DNA of 64,000 bases from Octopus sinensis (Eukaryota): NCBI RefSeq assembly GCF_006345805.1, contig NC_043019.1, positions 2,852,001 through 2,916,000 of the forward strand. Reading direction: 5' to 3'. The notes under the pieces are model-generated. The model saw only the letters and a program-made list of their open reading frames with translations. It was not told where the DNA came from and did no database searches. Position numbers and translations under genes: made by a program. Shown one piece after another: positions 50,497 to 62,315 of this stretch; position 1 is the first letter of the stretch; each line of letters begins with the position of its first letter.

Positions 50497-51945
50497 GCTA
50501 ATTTCAACAGGGTTCCCTGCTCTCTTATTTGGTAGTCTCTAAGGAAGCTAGGAATAGAGAAGTGGCTCGTTAGAGTATTTCATGCCATGTACAACGATGC
50601 TGTCAGTAAGGTGAGAGTTGGCCTTGAATACAGTGATGAATGTAACGTGCAAGTTGGAGTTCACCAGGGATCAGTCCTTAGTCCATTCTTATTCATCATA
50701 GTTCTCCAGGCCATAACAGATGAATTCAAAACTGGATGTCCATGGGAACTACTATTTGCTGATGATCTGGCTCTTATTGCAGACTCTGAAGTAGAATTGG
50801 AAAGGAAGTTCCGGGTTTGGAAGCAAAACCTCGAATCAAGAGGCCTTAAAGTTAAATTAGCTAAGACTAAAGTTGTTGTTAGTGCAAAAGGAGATTAGAC
50901 TCTCATTCTGGCTGGTAAATGGCCCCATTCTATATGTGGGGAAAGGTGAAAGATGTAGCTTCATTTACTGCACCAAGTGTAAGCTATAGACACATAAGCA
51001 ATGCAGTGGAATCATAGGAAGGTTATCAGATAAGGTCGCCTCTGTGTGTGGCAGATGTGCAGGAACAGTAAGTGCTAAGAGCTCGAGGGACTTAAATTCT
51101 CTCAAATGCCCAGGAGGTTTTCTTGAGGTAGTAGATAGTTTCTACTATTTAGGTGACTAAGCAACGAGCTGGCAGAACCGTTAGCATGCCAGGCAAAATG
51201 CGTAGCCATATTTCGCCTGCCATTACGTTCTGAGTTCAAATTCTGCTGAGGTCAACTTTGCCTTTCATCCTTTCAGCGTCGATAAATTAAGTACCAGTTG
51301 CACACTGGGGTCGATGTAATCGACTTAATTCGTTTGTCCCCTTCTATGTTTGTGGGTAGTAAAGAAACATATTTAGGTGACTAAATTAGTAATGGTGGTG
51401 GATGCTCTGAAAGTATTGTTTCTAGAATACGAATAGGGTAGAGGAGGTTCAGAGAAATACTACCTCTGTTGGCAGCAAAAGAACTTTCTCTCAGAGTGAA
51501 AGGTAGATTGTATGATGCTAGAGTGAAAGCGGCTGTGCCACATGGTAGTGAGACATGGGCACTGACTGCGAAGGACATGTGTAGGCTGGAGAGGAATGAA
51601 GGTAGTATGCTCCATTGGATTTGCAACGTCAGTGAGCATGACCGGCAAAGTACAACTGTGTTGAGAGAAAAGTTAGGCATAAGAAGGGTTAAATGTGGTA
51701 TGCAAGAGAGGAGAATGCATTGGTTTGGACATGAGATGCACATGAGTGAAGACAGCTGTATACAGAAGTGCCTGTTTTGCTGAAAGTGGATAGTAACTGT
51801 GGATGAGGGAGACCCAAGAAGACATGGGATGAAGTGGTGAGGACTGATCCTGGGATGCTGGAGCTCACAAAGGAAATGACAGTGAACTGAGATGTTTGGT
51901 GATATAAGGTTCTGGAGGAGACCCGTCCACGAAACTGAGTGCTAG
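50497..51945 (+). mobile_element. RTE-clade LINE ORF2 relic (RT domain to C-terminus), split by a family B SINE
   Basis: GVHQGSVLSPFLF, ELLFADDL, AKTKVV, VDSFYYLGD, HGSETW, MHWFGH; stops and frameshifts. Confidence 0.95.
51161..51369 (+). mobile_element. SINE family B inserted in the RTE relic
   Basis: 15-bp TSD tatttaggtgactaa at 51146-51160 and 51370-51384. Confidence 0.95.
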
Positions 51946-52015
51946 AAGAGTTGTGTCCCACCCACATGTAACAACACACTTTTCAACCACAGTGTTTTCT
52001 GGCTCTGTAACAGCT

Positions 52016-52427
52016 ATACTCTTTACTCTTTTACTTGTTTCAGTCATTTGACTGCGGCCATGCTGGAGCACCGCCTTTAATCGAACAACTTGACCCCGGG
52101 ACTTATTCTTTTGTAAGCCCAGTACTTATTTTATCGGTCTCTTTTGCCAAACCGCTAAATAACGGGGACGTAAACACACCAGCATCGGTTGTCAAGCAAT
52201 GCTAGGGGGACAAACACAGACACACAAACATACATGCACACACATATATATATACATATATATGACGGGCTTCTTTCAGTTTCTGTCTACCAAATCCACT
52301 CACAAGGCATTGGTCGGCCCGGGGCTATAGCAGAAGACACTTGCCCAAGGTGCTACGCAGTGAGACTGAACCCGGAACCATGTGGTTGGTTAGCAAGTTA
52401 CTTACCACACAGCCACTCCTGCGCCTA
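52016..52427 (-). mobile_element. SINE family A, young subfamily
   Basis: CpG-rich; diagnostic gcattggtcggcccggggc and ggttggttagc. Confidence 0.9.
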
Positions 52428-53035
52428 GTAACCAAAGCAACTAATTTTCTTTCAATTATATTTTTTCTTATAGGTCATTTATTATTAATTACATTACAAA
52501 TGTAGATAGCTTTGTTAACACCTAAATATAATTTCCATCTTCATGTAATTTAGACATTGTTCTTAATGGGTTTAGAATATCTTTAATCATATACATTTCT
52601 TTTGTTTTTATTGAAAGACCGAAGTTCAATAGATCTGATATTTGAATAATGCTCCATTATCACAGCTTTCTCAATTGATAACCATTGTAAAACTATTGTC
52701 ATTCTATCTCATCCCATCTTTAAATGGATGATATTAAGCATCATTAAAAAAATGTTAATAGTGATGATCAGATACGTATTCAGTTAGAAAACTGGTTTCA
52801 TTGGGAGGAAATACTTTTCCTGTATATACCTGCTCTCTACATTGACTTAATAAATGTTTCTCCCGTAGATAAGTTAGTAACTCTTAGTATAAGTAATACA
52901 AGTTTCTTCAGTAGATAACTGTTACCTTTGTATAGTAATACATGTTTGTCCTATAGCTAGCTGCTGTTTTAGTTAGTGAATACATTTGTCTTGTTGATAA
53001 TTAATGCATTACTGTGACAATACATGTTTCTTCAA

Positions 53036-53482
53036 AGGTGGTGAGCTGGCAGAAACGTTAGCATGCTGGGTGAAATGCTTAGCAGTATTTTGTCTGTACA
53101 TTTTGAGTTCAAATTCTGTCAAGGTCAATTTTGCCTTTCATCCTTTCGGGGTCGATAAATTAAGTACCAGTTGCGTACTGGGGTTGATCTAATTGACTGG
53201 TCCCCTCCCCCAAAATTTGGGGTCTTGTGCCTCGAGCAGAAAAGAATACATTTCTTCAAAGACAGTGAGTGAGCAAAAATGTTAGCATGCCAAGTGAAAT
53301 GCTCAGCGGTATTTCATCTGTCTTTACGGTCTAAGTTCAAATTCTGCCAAAATCAACTTTGCCTTTCATCCTTTCGGGATCGATAAATTAAATACCAGTT
53401 GCATACTGGAGTTGATCTAATTGACTGGTCCCCTCCCCCCAGATTTTAGGCCTTGTGCCTAGAGCAGAAAAGAATACATGTT
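53036..53482 (+). mobile_element. Two tandem family B SINEs
   Basis: aataca(tg)tttcttca occurs before, between and after the two copies. Confidence 0.85.
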
Positions 53483-53574
53483 TCTTCAGTAGATGACTGC
53501 TATCTTAATAATGTAATGCACTTTTGTCCTGTAGCTAGCTGCTATTTCAGTTTGCATTTGTCCTGTGGCATATT

Positions 53575-53740
53575 GCCTAGCAGCATTTTGTTACATTCTG
53601 AGTTCAAACTCTGCTGAGGTTGACTCTGCCTTTCATTCTTTCAGGGTCAATAAATTCAGTACCAGTTTAAACACTGAGATCAATATAATCGATTCACCCT
53701 TACCCTGAAATTACTGGCCTTGTGACAAAATTTGAAACCA
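53575..53740 (+). mobile_element. Family B SINE, 5'-truncated
   Basis: ttctgagttcaaactctgctgagg...aaaatttgaaacc. Confidence 0.75.
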
Positions 53741-55257
53741 ACATTTCTAATTTTCTCACAAGGAATGAAAATAAAAAGTTCAGTCTGAAATCATACTAAT
53801 GTCCAAATTACAACTGTACATCAATTTATTTTAGCTAGCATTTATCCTGTAGCTAGCTGCTATTTTTAACATGCATTTGTCCTGTAGGTAGCTGCTGTTT
53901 TTAACATGGTTTGTCCTGTAGCTAGCTGCTATTTTCAACATGCATTTGTCCTGTAGCTAGCTGCTATTTTTAACATGCACTTGTCCTGCAGCTAGCTGCT
54001 ATTTTAACATGGTTTGTCCTGTAGCTAGCTGCTATTTTTAACATGCATTTGTCCAGCGGGTAGCTGCTGTTTTTAACATGCATTTGTCCAGTAGGTAGCT
54101 GCTGTTTTTAACATGCATTTGTCCTGTAGCTAGCTGCTATTTTAGTATGATAATACATTTGTCCTGTTAATAATTACTTACATTACTATGATAATACATA
54201 TTTCTTCAGTAGATAACTGCTATTTTAGTATGGTAAGACACATTTGTCCTATAGATAACTGCTATCTCAGAATGGTCAGCACATTTCTTCTATAGAAAGC
54301 TGCTCCCTTACTATAGCACTACATGTTTCTCATGTAGGTAGCTGCTACCTTAGTATTGTGATACATGTTAGTCCTGTAGGTAGTCGTTATCTTAATGTTT
54401 CCATTATATCTGAATTCTGTTTAGAAAGTGGCAGGTGATCAATAAGAAGAAATAATTTTATTAGGTTTTCAAGCATTGAACTGATTGAGACGTTCTGTAT
54501 ATTTGACAGACAAGTGATAAATTAATTCTTCATTCCAATTAAACGCTTTTTTTTTGCTTTTTTTTTTTTTTTCACTTTTACTATAATTTAGTCAAAATGC
54601 TACTGGTCCTTTTCACTGTTCGTTAATTAGAAATTGTTTAACAATCTGTCAAATTTATGATTTTCACCTGTTATCTTGTCAATAAACCACATTGCTGGCT
54701 GGCCCAATCAATGATGGATCTTAGTTGTAAAGCCTGTGTGTATTTTCTGTCATTATTTCAGTGTCTGACATTCTTTTGTAATGGTGGTCGCTATAATTAT
54801 CATCATCATCATCATCATCATCATCTCTTCAGTCAGTGACGGAATCTTCATATGGTCTTTTTAGCTTGCTTGATTTAGCAGTAAAATTTCCGTCTCATTA
54901 AATCTCACCACCTTTAACAAGGACACTGAATAATGTATCTTTAGATAATCTTAAAAAGATAAGATGGCCATAGCTGAAGTACCTCTGACCAAAGATTTGC
55001 TCAATCAAGATTAGCGTGGGGTTAAGCAACAACAAAAACATTTTTATCTTTTATTCTCCTTTATAGATCCCTATTCGAAAACATAAGGACACTGATATTG
55101 TGTCATATAGCCAGCTGGAGACGATGTTTCCTGGGGTTAAACAACAGTAGCAATCGTCCCTTTCAGGACAGTCGCATTATGTTGGCAAATAGCCTTTACT
55201 TTAAAGAATTTTTACTGAATATCTCTCTTTGAGACATTTAGAAATAACAATATTTCT

Positions 55258-55487
55258 TATTTCTTTATTGCCTCCAAGGGGCTAAGCATAGAGGGGACAA
55301 ACAAGGACAGAAAATGGATTAAGTCGATTACATCAACCCCAGTGTGTAACTGCTACTTAATCTATCGACCCTGAAAGGATGAAAGGCAAAGTTGACCTCG
55401 GCGGAATTTGAACTCAGAACGTAAAGACAGACGAAATAACTCTAAGAATTTTGCCCAGCACGCTAACATTTCTGCCAGCTTGCCGCC
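55258..55487 (-). mobile_element. SINE family B (tail 1 form)
   Basis: 20-bp TSD ttagaaataacaatatttct at 55238-55257 and 55488-55507. Confidence 0.95.
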
Positions 55488-55694
55488 TTAGAAATAACAA
55501 TATTTCTATTTTAAAACAATGATATTTCTATTTTACAAAAAACAGTTCTTCAGATATCCTCATGTATTAATATATTCTTTAATTTCATCATTATCATTGT
55601 TTTAACATCCATTTTTCCATGCTTGCATGGATCCAACAGAAGTCACTGAGTCAGATTTTCTATAGCCATATGTTTTTCTTGCTGTCAAGACTTG

Positions 55695-56390
55695 TCACCA
55701 GTTGACCAGTCTGGTATGGAGAGGTAGCAATTTTTCGTTCATTTTTGCAATTTCATGGCAACAGGTTCCTGCTGTAATGGTTTTTCTGGGTTTCAAGAAG
55801 TTATAGTGAATGAGTCCAGCAGTACACCCCCAAACAGTCATCATAACTTTCTTTTCGAAGAGCTCAGGTTTAAAGGTTTTCAGTGCTTCATTTTGGTCCA
55901 ACCACTGCAAAGAACATTTTTTATTATTGTACAGAATCCACTTTTCATCGCATGTTACAATACGGTCAAGAAATGAATCTGTCTGGTTACGGAGAAGCGA
56001 CGAGCAAATTTCATATCTGGTCATTTTCTGCTTTTCATTCAAATCGCGTGGTACCCTTCTCTGATTTTCCAATTGCATGCTAATGGTTGCAGGTAGTTTT
56101 CTGACTAACCTGAAGTTCTTTTGCCAGTTGTCGAGTAGGTTTATGTGAATCTTTCTCAATGACGGTCTTTACTTGACCAGCATCGATGACAGATGGGTAT
56201 CCACTATGCTCACGATTTTCAAGGCTCAGGGCTCCACTGCAAAATCATTTAAACCATTTTCACTCACTGGTCATTTCCACATCAAACATTTCATTGATAT
56301 CGCGAGCAGTTTCAGCTGCTTTGCATCCTTTTTTGAAGTTGAATAGTAAAATTGCTCGAATATCGCGCTTTGACAGTTCCACTTCAGATG
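55695..56390 (-). pseudogene. Mariner transposase relic (HTH plus first catalytic Asp), 3'-truncated
   Basis: SKRDIRAILLFNFKKGCKAAETARDINE, VPRDL (WVPHEL-like), FLDRIVTCDEKWILY, KKVMMTVW. Confidence 0.9.
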
Positions 56391-56549
56391 ATTGTAATAA
56401 CGGTGAAAAAAATATCAAATGTTAATTTGTTGATGCATTTGGGCAAGTCTATGTCTGTATTATCAGACAACTGCAAAAAAATGTTTAAAAAACAAATTCA
56501 GAACTCTGCAAGAATCTGGTACAAATTCTTCATCATTCAAAACATTCCA

Positions 56550-56960
56550 TACATTTTACTCAATGTAATAGAATCATACAATATCCATACAATATTATAT
56601 GCTATCATACAGTATTCACACATTATGATAGCATCTCATATGATATCACACTATATATTTTCCCACATTATAATACTAAATCCACACCGTACCATCCATG
56701 CTTATATGTTTATCCATACAGTATCCAGATAGTATAGTTCTATATCATACAATATGGTATATCATCATAGTTTCATACACTGTCAGCCAATATTAACATT
56801 GTATCATCAATATCCAGGCAATATCCATTCAATATTATACAGTAGCCTCTTCATAATCATTCAGTATTCATTCATTACATGCACAGTATTCATGCTATAT
56901 CCTCACATAGCAACACATAATCAATATAGATACTAATAGTAGCCAATGACTATAATCAAG
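56550..56960. repeat. Degenerate short-period repeat (catacagtat / catacaatat-like)
   Basis: Recurrent 10-13-bp motif. Confidence 0.55.
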
Positions 56961-57016
56961 TTACAATGAGATATCAAAGTGATTGGTGATATCAACAACA
57001 TACCAACCTATGTTGT

Positions 57017-57228
57017 ATACTTTTTACTCTTTTACTTGTTTCAGTCATTTGACTGCGGCCATGCTGGAGCACCGCCTTCAGTCGAGCAAATCGACCCCGG
57101 GACTTATTCTTTGTAAGCCCAGTACTTATTCTATCGGTCTCTTTTTGCCGAACCGCTAAGTGACGGGGACGTAAACACACCAGCATCGGTTGTCAAGCAA
57201 TGCTAGGGGGACAAACACAGACACACAA

Positions 57229-57259
<31 letters not shown>

Positions 57260-57424
57260 CGACAGGCTTCTTTCAGTTTCCGTCTACCAAATCCACTCAC
57301 AAGGCATTGGTCGGCCCGGGGCTATAGCAGAAGACACTTGCCCAAGATGCCACGCAGTGGGACTGAACCCGGAACCATGTGGTTGGTTAGCAAGCTACTT
57401 ACCACACAGCCACTCCTACGCCTA
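57017..57424 (-). mobile_element. SINE family A, young subfamily
   Basis: Near-consensus, CpG-rich. Confidence 0.9.
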
Positions 57425-57425
57425 T

Positions 57426-57458
<33 letters not shown>

Positions 57459-57895
57459 GTAGAATCTATAAGCAAGAATATTTAACCCTTTAGCATTTAA
57501 ACTGGGCATACTTGACCAAAATATTCTAACTGTTCTATATTGAAACTGGCCACACCCAGTCACTCAACCAGGGTCCGTATGACCCTTGAGGGTCCACATA
57601 AGACTTTGTTGTTAAAATTTATCTGCAATATATTGATTTATACTTCTACAATACACAATATATTTTTACCGATTTTTTTTTTTTTTTTTTTTTTTTTCCT
57701 AATTCCTAATTATGCTCAATTATTAAGATATAATGAGACTTTTTTTTAAACACTGAATGGCTATGAGAGTCCCTTAGAGTGAAATAGGAATGAAAGGGGT
57801 CCATAAACAAGAAAAAATGGTTGAGAAACACTGCTCTAGAATATCATTCTAAAGTAAACAATCACTTTATAGAAATACCAAAGCCTTGAGATATT

Positions 57896-58077
57896 CTTTT
57901 ATTTGTTTCAGTCATCTGACTGCAGCCATGCTGGAGCACCGCCTTTAGTTGAGCAAATCGACCCCAGGGCTTATTCTATCGGTCTCTTTTGCTGAACTGC
58001 TAAGTTACAGAAACATAAACACACCAGTATCGGTTGTCTAGCGAAGTTGGGGGGGACAAACACAGACACAAACATAT

Positions 58078-58141
<64 letters not shown>

Positions 58142-58278
58142 CGATGGGGTCCTTTCAGTTTCTGTCTACCAAATCTACTCACAAGGCTTTGGTCAGCTCG
58201 AGACTATAGTAGAAGACACTTGCCCAAGGTGCCATGCAGTAGGACTGAACCCAGAACCGTGTGGTTCGTAAGCAAGCT
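57896..58278 (-). mobile_element. SINE family A
   Basis: Tail, (TA)n and head. Confidence 0.85.
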
Positions 58279-59304
58279 ACTTACAACACAGCCACTCGTA
58301 TGGTGCTTCTAGGCATACTTCATTATTGAACAGCCTGCCAAGACCACCACACACACACACACACACACACAATCACACACAATATACATAAGCCAATTAT
58401 ATTAGTTGCAATATTCAAATGATATTTTATTGACACGAAAAGAATAAAAAAATAAATTCAACTGTGGTGGGATTTGAACTCAGAATGTAAAGAAATGTAA
58501 CTAAATATTACAGCTCATTTGTCCAATGCTCCACTGACACTGACACTCCATCAAACATAGCTTCTATTTCAGATGTTGAATAGCAGTATTCTGCTCTGTT
58601 CTTACAGTAATTATTGAAGTTATCAGTATTAATACATAGTCTAATCACAATGGGATTCGACAATCTATAAATGCCATGCTAATACAATAAACTTCTCAAA
58701 TAATGGTAACCTCCCTCGAGGATTCGAGATGCTGTTACTGTGAATTTCCCATTGTCTAGGAAGTTTTATTAAATGCATTTGTTACATACATAAAAGGCTA
58801 CATTAAATAAGAAATAAAGATACAGTTTGATGACTAGTGTTTTATTAGCTACTGAATACGCAGTAAACAATATGGGGCAGCAAGGGATGTCTTGTAAGAA
58901 TAAAAACCATGTCAGAAATGCCAAACAGAAATAAAATTTAAGACGAAAACGCTAAAACACTGTTCATGCTAAATAATTACTACATGTTTATTACATGGTA
59001 ATGACATGAATGAAACAGACCCTGAGTGAGTGCTACATAATTACTACATGATTATTGTGTGGTAATGATGCAATGAGCAAGTACGCCACATGTGTTTGAT
59101 AAAGGCTACATGTTTATTGTGCAGTAATTGTACTGTACAGAAATAAGTGGAGCAAGTATTTTCAAATAAATGAAAAATATTTTTTTACACTAAAAGAATT
59201 TCCAAAAGTTGTTTGAATTCTCCAGCCTGAATGACTGATCTATAAATATGCTATGTGAGTGAAATATGTAGACAAAATCTGTGTGGAAGCCTAACTTTTT
59301 ATCT

Positions 59305-59670
59305 CTTTGCTTCTTTCAGTCATTTGACTGTGGCCATGCTGGAGTACCACTTTGAAGGGTTTTAGTCAAACAAATTGACTCCAGGACCTACTCTTTTCTC
59401 TAAGCCTGGTACCTATTCTATCAGCCCTTTTTTGGCCAAACTGCTAAGTTACAGAGACATAATCACACCAACACCAGTTGTCAAGCAGTAGTGGGGGGCA
59501 AACACAGACACAAAGACACACACATAGATACATATATATACATATATATGTGATGGGCTTCTTTCAGTTTCTGTCTACCAAATCCATTCACAAGGATTTG
59601 GTCAGCCCGAAGCTATTATAGAAGATTCTTGCCCAAGGTGCCATGCAGTAGGACTGAACCCGGAACCATG
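59305..59670 (-). mobile_element. SINE family A, head truncated where it meets the pogo relic
   Basis: Family A motifs. Confidence 0.85.
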
Positions 59671-59674
59671 TGAT

Positions 59675-60260
59675 TGTGGAATATTTTTAACAAAAGCAGT
59701 TTCATCAGTGTTGTATAATTAATCAGTTGCTATGCTGGTCCTTGACGACAACTGCATGAAATGACATTCGGGTTATAATTTACTAGCAATGTGCTGTTTA
59801 TTATTTCATGGCATACCTTACCATGAAAGTAAACAGTTTGTGTTCTCCAAATACATTTAATCTTTAAAATCTTAAGCTTTGGCTGAAATAATTATCATAG
59901 ATAGCTATACCTTCCAATTGCATCATAAAAAGACACTTGTGCGATATTTTATCGAAGTTTTCACATTTCGGTTTCTGCAGACTGCTCCAATTTGCTATTT
60001 TATTGTTAAACTCGGAACATGCTACAAAATCCAAAAGCTTTCAAGTCTTTTAATGTCACATAAAGACGACAATGAGAATTCTAAGTTATATTCTTTCATT
60101 AACATATTTCTACTTATTATGTTTCACTTCACTTTATTTTCAATATCTAGTTCATCAATAAGTTTCAACGTATTCTTTTGTCCCTTCTTCTCACTAACTT
60201 TAAATATCCTGATGGGGACGTATGATAATAAAATAATTTTAACACTGCATTAGATGCTTC
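59675..60260 (-). pseudogene. pogo/Tigger (CENP-B/Jerky-like) transposase relic
   Basis: Minus fragments SLQKPKCENFDK...LEGIAIY (CENP-B HTH-like) and LYNTDETAFV (first DDE Asp, YNADET-like). Confidence 0.65.
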
Positions 60261-60486
60261 GCACAAATAACGGCAGCGAATGTAAAGAATTGAACAATAA
60301 TGCCTGTAGTTTTCTTTATTGTCAAACAATTTTCAAAAATGTCATTTGCTATTCTGCAGAATGTTAATTTGAACATTGATATGTTGTAAAGCTGTTCTGC
60401 ATTCTGGTATAATATGAATTGGGATTCAGATTCTGGAAGGATAATACTTAAAGGGTTTGTGGTTTACTGAAGATTTGTTGCATATA

Positions 60487-60667
60487 TCATCATCATCATT
60501 TAACGTCCGCTTTCCATGCTAGCATGGGTTGGACGGTTCAACTGGGGTCTGGGGAGTCCGAAGGCTGCACCAGGCCAGTCGGATCTGGCAGTGTTTCTAC
60601 AGCTGGATGCCCTTCCTAACGCCAACCACTCTGAGAGTGTAGTGGGTGATTTTATGTGCCACCGACA
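60487..60667 (-). mobile_element. Family C retroposon, 5'-truncated
   Basis: (cat)n...ggatgcccttcctaacgccaacc. Confidence 0.85.
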
Positions 60668-60703
60668 CATAAACGCATATTTTTTTTATATATGTGTATA
60701 TGT

Positions 60704-60874
60704 ATGGCTGTGTGGTAAGTAGCTTGTTTACCAACCACATGGTTCCGGGTTCAGTCCCACTGCGTGGCACCTTGGGCTAGTGTCTTCTACTATAGCCTCG
60801 GGCCGACCAAAGCCTTGTGAGTGGATTTGGTAGACGGAAACTGAAAGAAGCCCGTCGTATATATGTATATATAG

Positions 60875-60909
<35 letters not shown>

Positions 60910-60951
60910 TATATATATGTATATATGTATATATGTATATATATATATTAT

Positions 60952-61017
<66 letters not shown>

Positions 61018-61142
61018 GTATTATATATATATATATATATAGTATATATATATATATATATGTATTATATATGTATATATGTATATATATGTATAATATG
61101 TATATATATGTATATATATGTAATATATAGTATATATATATA

Positions 61143-61190
<48 letters not shown>

Positions 61191-61412
61191 GTATATATGC
61201 GTGTGTGTGTTTGTGTGTCTGTGTTTGTCCCCCTAGCATTGCTTGACAACCGATGTTGGTGTGTTTATGTCCCCCGTTACTTAGCGGTTCGGCAAAAGAG
61301 ACTGATAGAATAAGTATTGGGCATACAAAAGAATAAGTCCTGGGGTCGAGTTGCTCGATTAAAAGGCGGTGCTCCAGCATGGCTGCAGTCAAATGACTGA
61401 AACAAGTAAAAG
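60704..61412 (+). mobile_element. SINE family A with a ~340-bp expanded internal (TA/TG)n
   Basis: Both halves intact around microsatellite 60858-61212. Confidence 0.9.
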
Positions 61413-61620
61413 AGAGATATATATACATGTATAAAAATATATAAATATATAAGTCCAGCAAAATTTAGATTCAAATGAATATGGTACTTAAGCTAGATGC
61501 ACCAGAATTTTGTATGGTGTTTTCCATATAAATCCATGGGGTGATTATAATCAAAATAAGCAACAAGAATAACTTCAGTAATTTGGTATGATCGTTTCAC
61601 GCTACATCATTTTATTAAAT

Positions 61621-61790
61621 GTTGTAAGTATTGCAACAGTTTTAAAATGTTGAGCATTAATAGAGGTTTTCCATTAATACATAATTTTCATATCAATATT
61701 AAATGTTCTAAGTATTACAACAGTTTTAAAATGTTGAGCAATCATCAGCTATTAATAGAGGTTTTCCATTAATACATAATTTTCATATAT
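61621..61790. repeat. Imperfect direct duplication of about 70-85 bp
   Basis: taagtatt(g/a)caacagttttaaaatgttgagca...taatagaggttttccattaatacataattttcatat x2. Confidence 0.8.
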
Positions 61791-62122
61791 ATATATATAT
61801 ATATATGCAAAGTGTTGTAAGTCCAAAATGTTGTTTTTGCAGAAAACAAAAAATAGATTGACCATTCCATAGCAAAACTGTTGTACTGCATTTTGACAAT
61901 TTTTGATATTTTGGCATCTGAAGCAACTGGAGATATGATAGTTTAACCAAAAGAACCGGCTATTGCAAGCAAAAATAAATGTAGAAAAAATGTTTGGGGC
62001 CAAATTTGGACATACCACAGTTTAACATAATAGCAATGGTATATATATATATATTATATATATATATATATATGTATGTATATATGCATATATGTATAAG
62101 TGTGTGCATTTGGAATGGATTG

Positions 62123-62315
62123 CCACATGGTTCCAGGTTCAGTCCCACCATGTGGCACCTTGGGCAAGTGCCTTCTATCAAATCCACTCACAAGTCATTG
62201 GTTGGCCTGAGGCTATAGTAGAAGACACTTGCCTAAGGTGCCACTCAGTGGGAATGAACCCGGAACCATGTGGTTGGTAAGCAAGCTACTTGCCACACAG
62301 ACACTCCTGTGCCTA
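62123..62315. mobile_element. Family A head foldback (+ fragment fused to a - head half)
   Basis: ccacatggttccaggttcagtccc...cttcta then caaatccactcac...gaacccggaaccatgtgg. Confidence 0.8.

Larger units (their letters stand above)
52815..54400. repeat. 35/41-bp minisatellite, interrupted by family B SINEs and unique sequence
   Basis: About 9 homogeneous units tttgtcctgtagctagctgctatttttaacatgca at 53841-54145; diverged ~41-bp units on both sides. Confidence 0.85.

Noticed and set aside
53841-54145. CRISPR-like ~35-bp periodic array
   Set aside because: Units are contiguous with no unique spacers, no cas genes are present, and the context is eukaryotic
59696-59712. CTGATGA on minus as a hammerhead core (also near 24345)
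   Set aside because: These are the T-D-E and S-D-E codons of the pogo and Tc1 relics, with no stems
60728-61474. 173-aa and 146-aa YI-repeat ORFs, and similar ORFs at every family A copy
   Set aside because: They are SINE arms plus (TA)n; the same pseudo-peptide recurs at many copies
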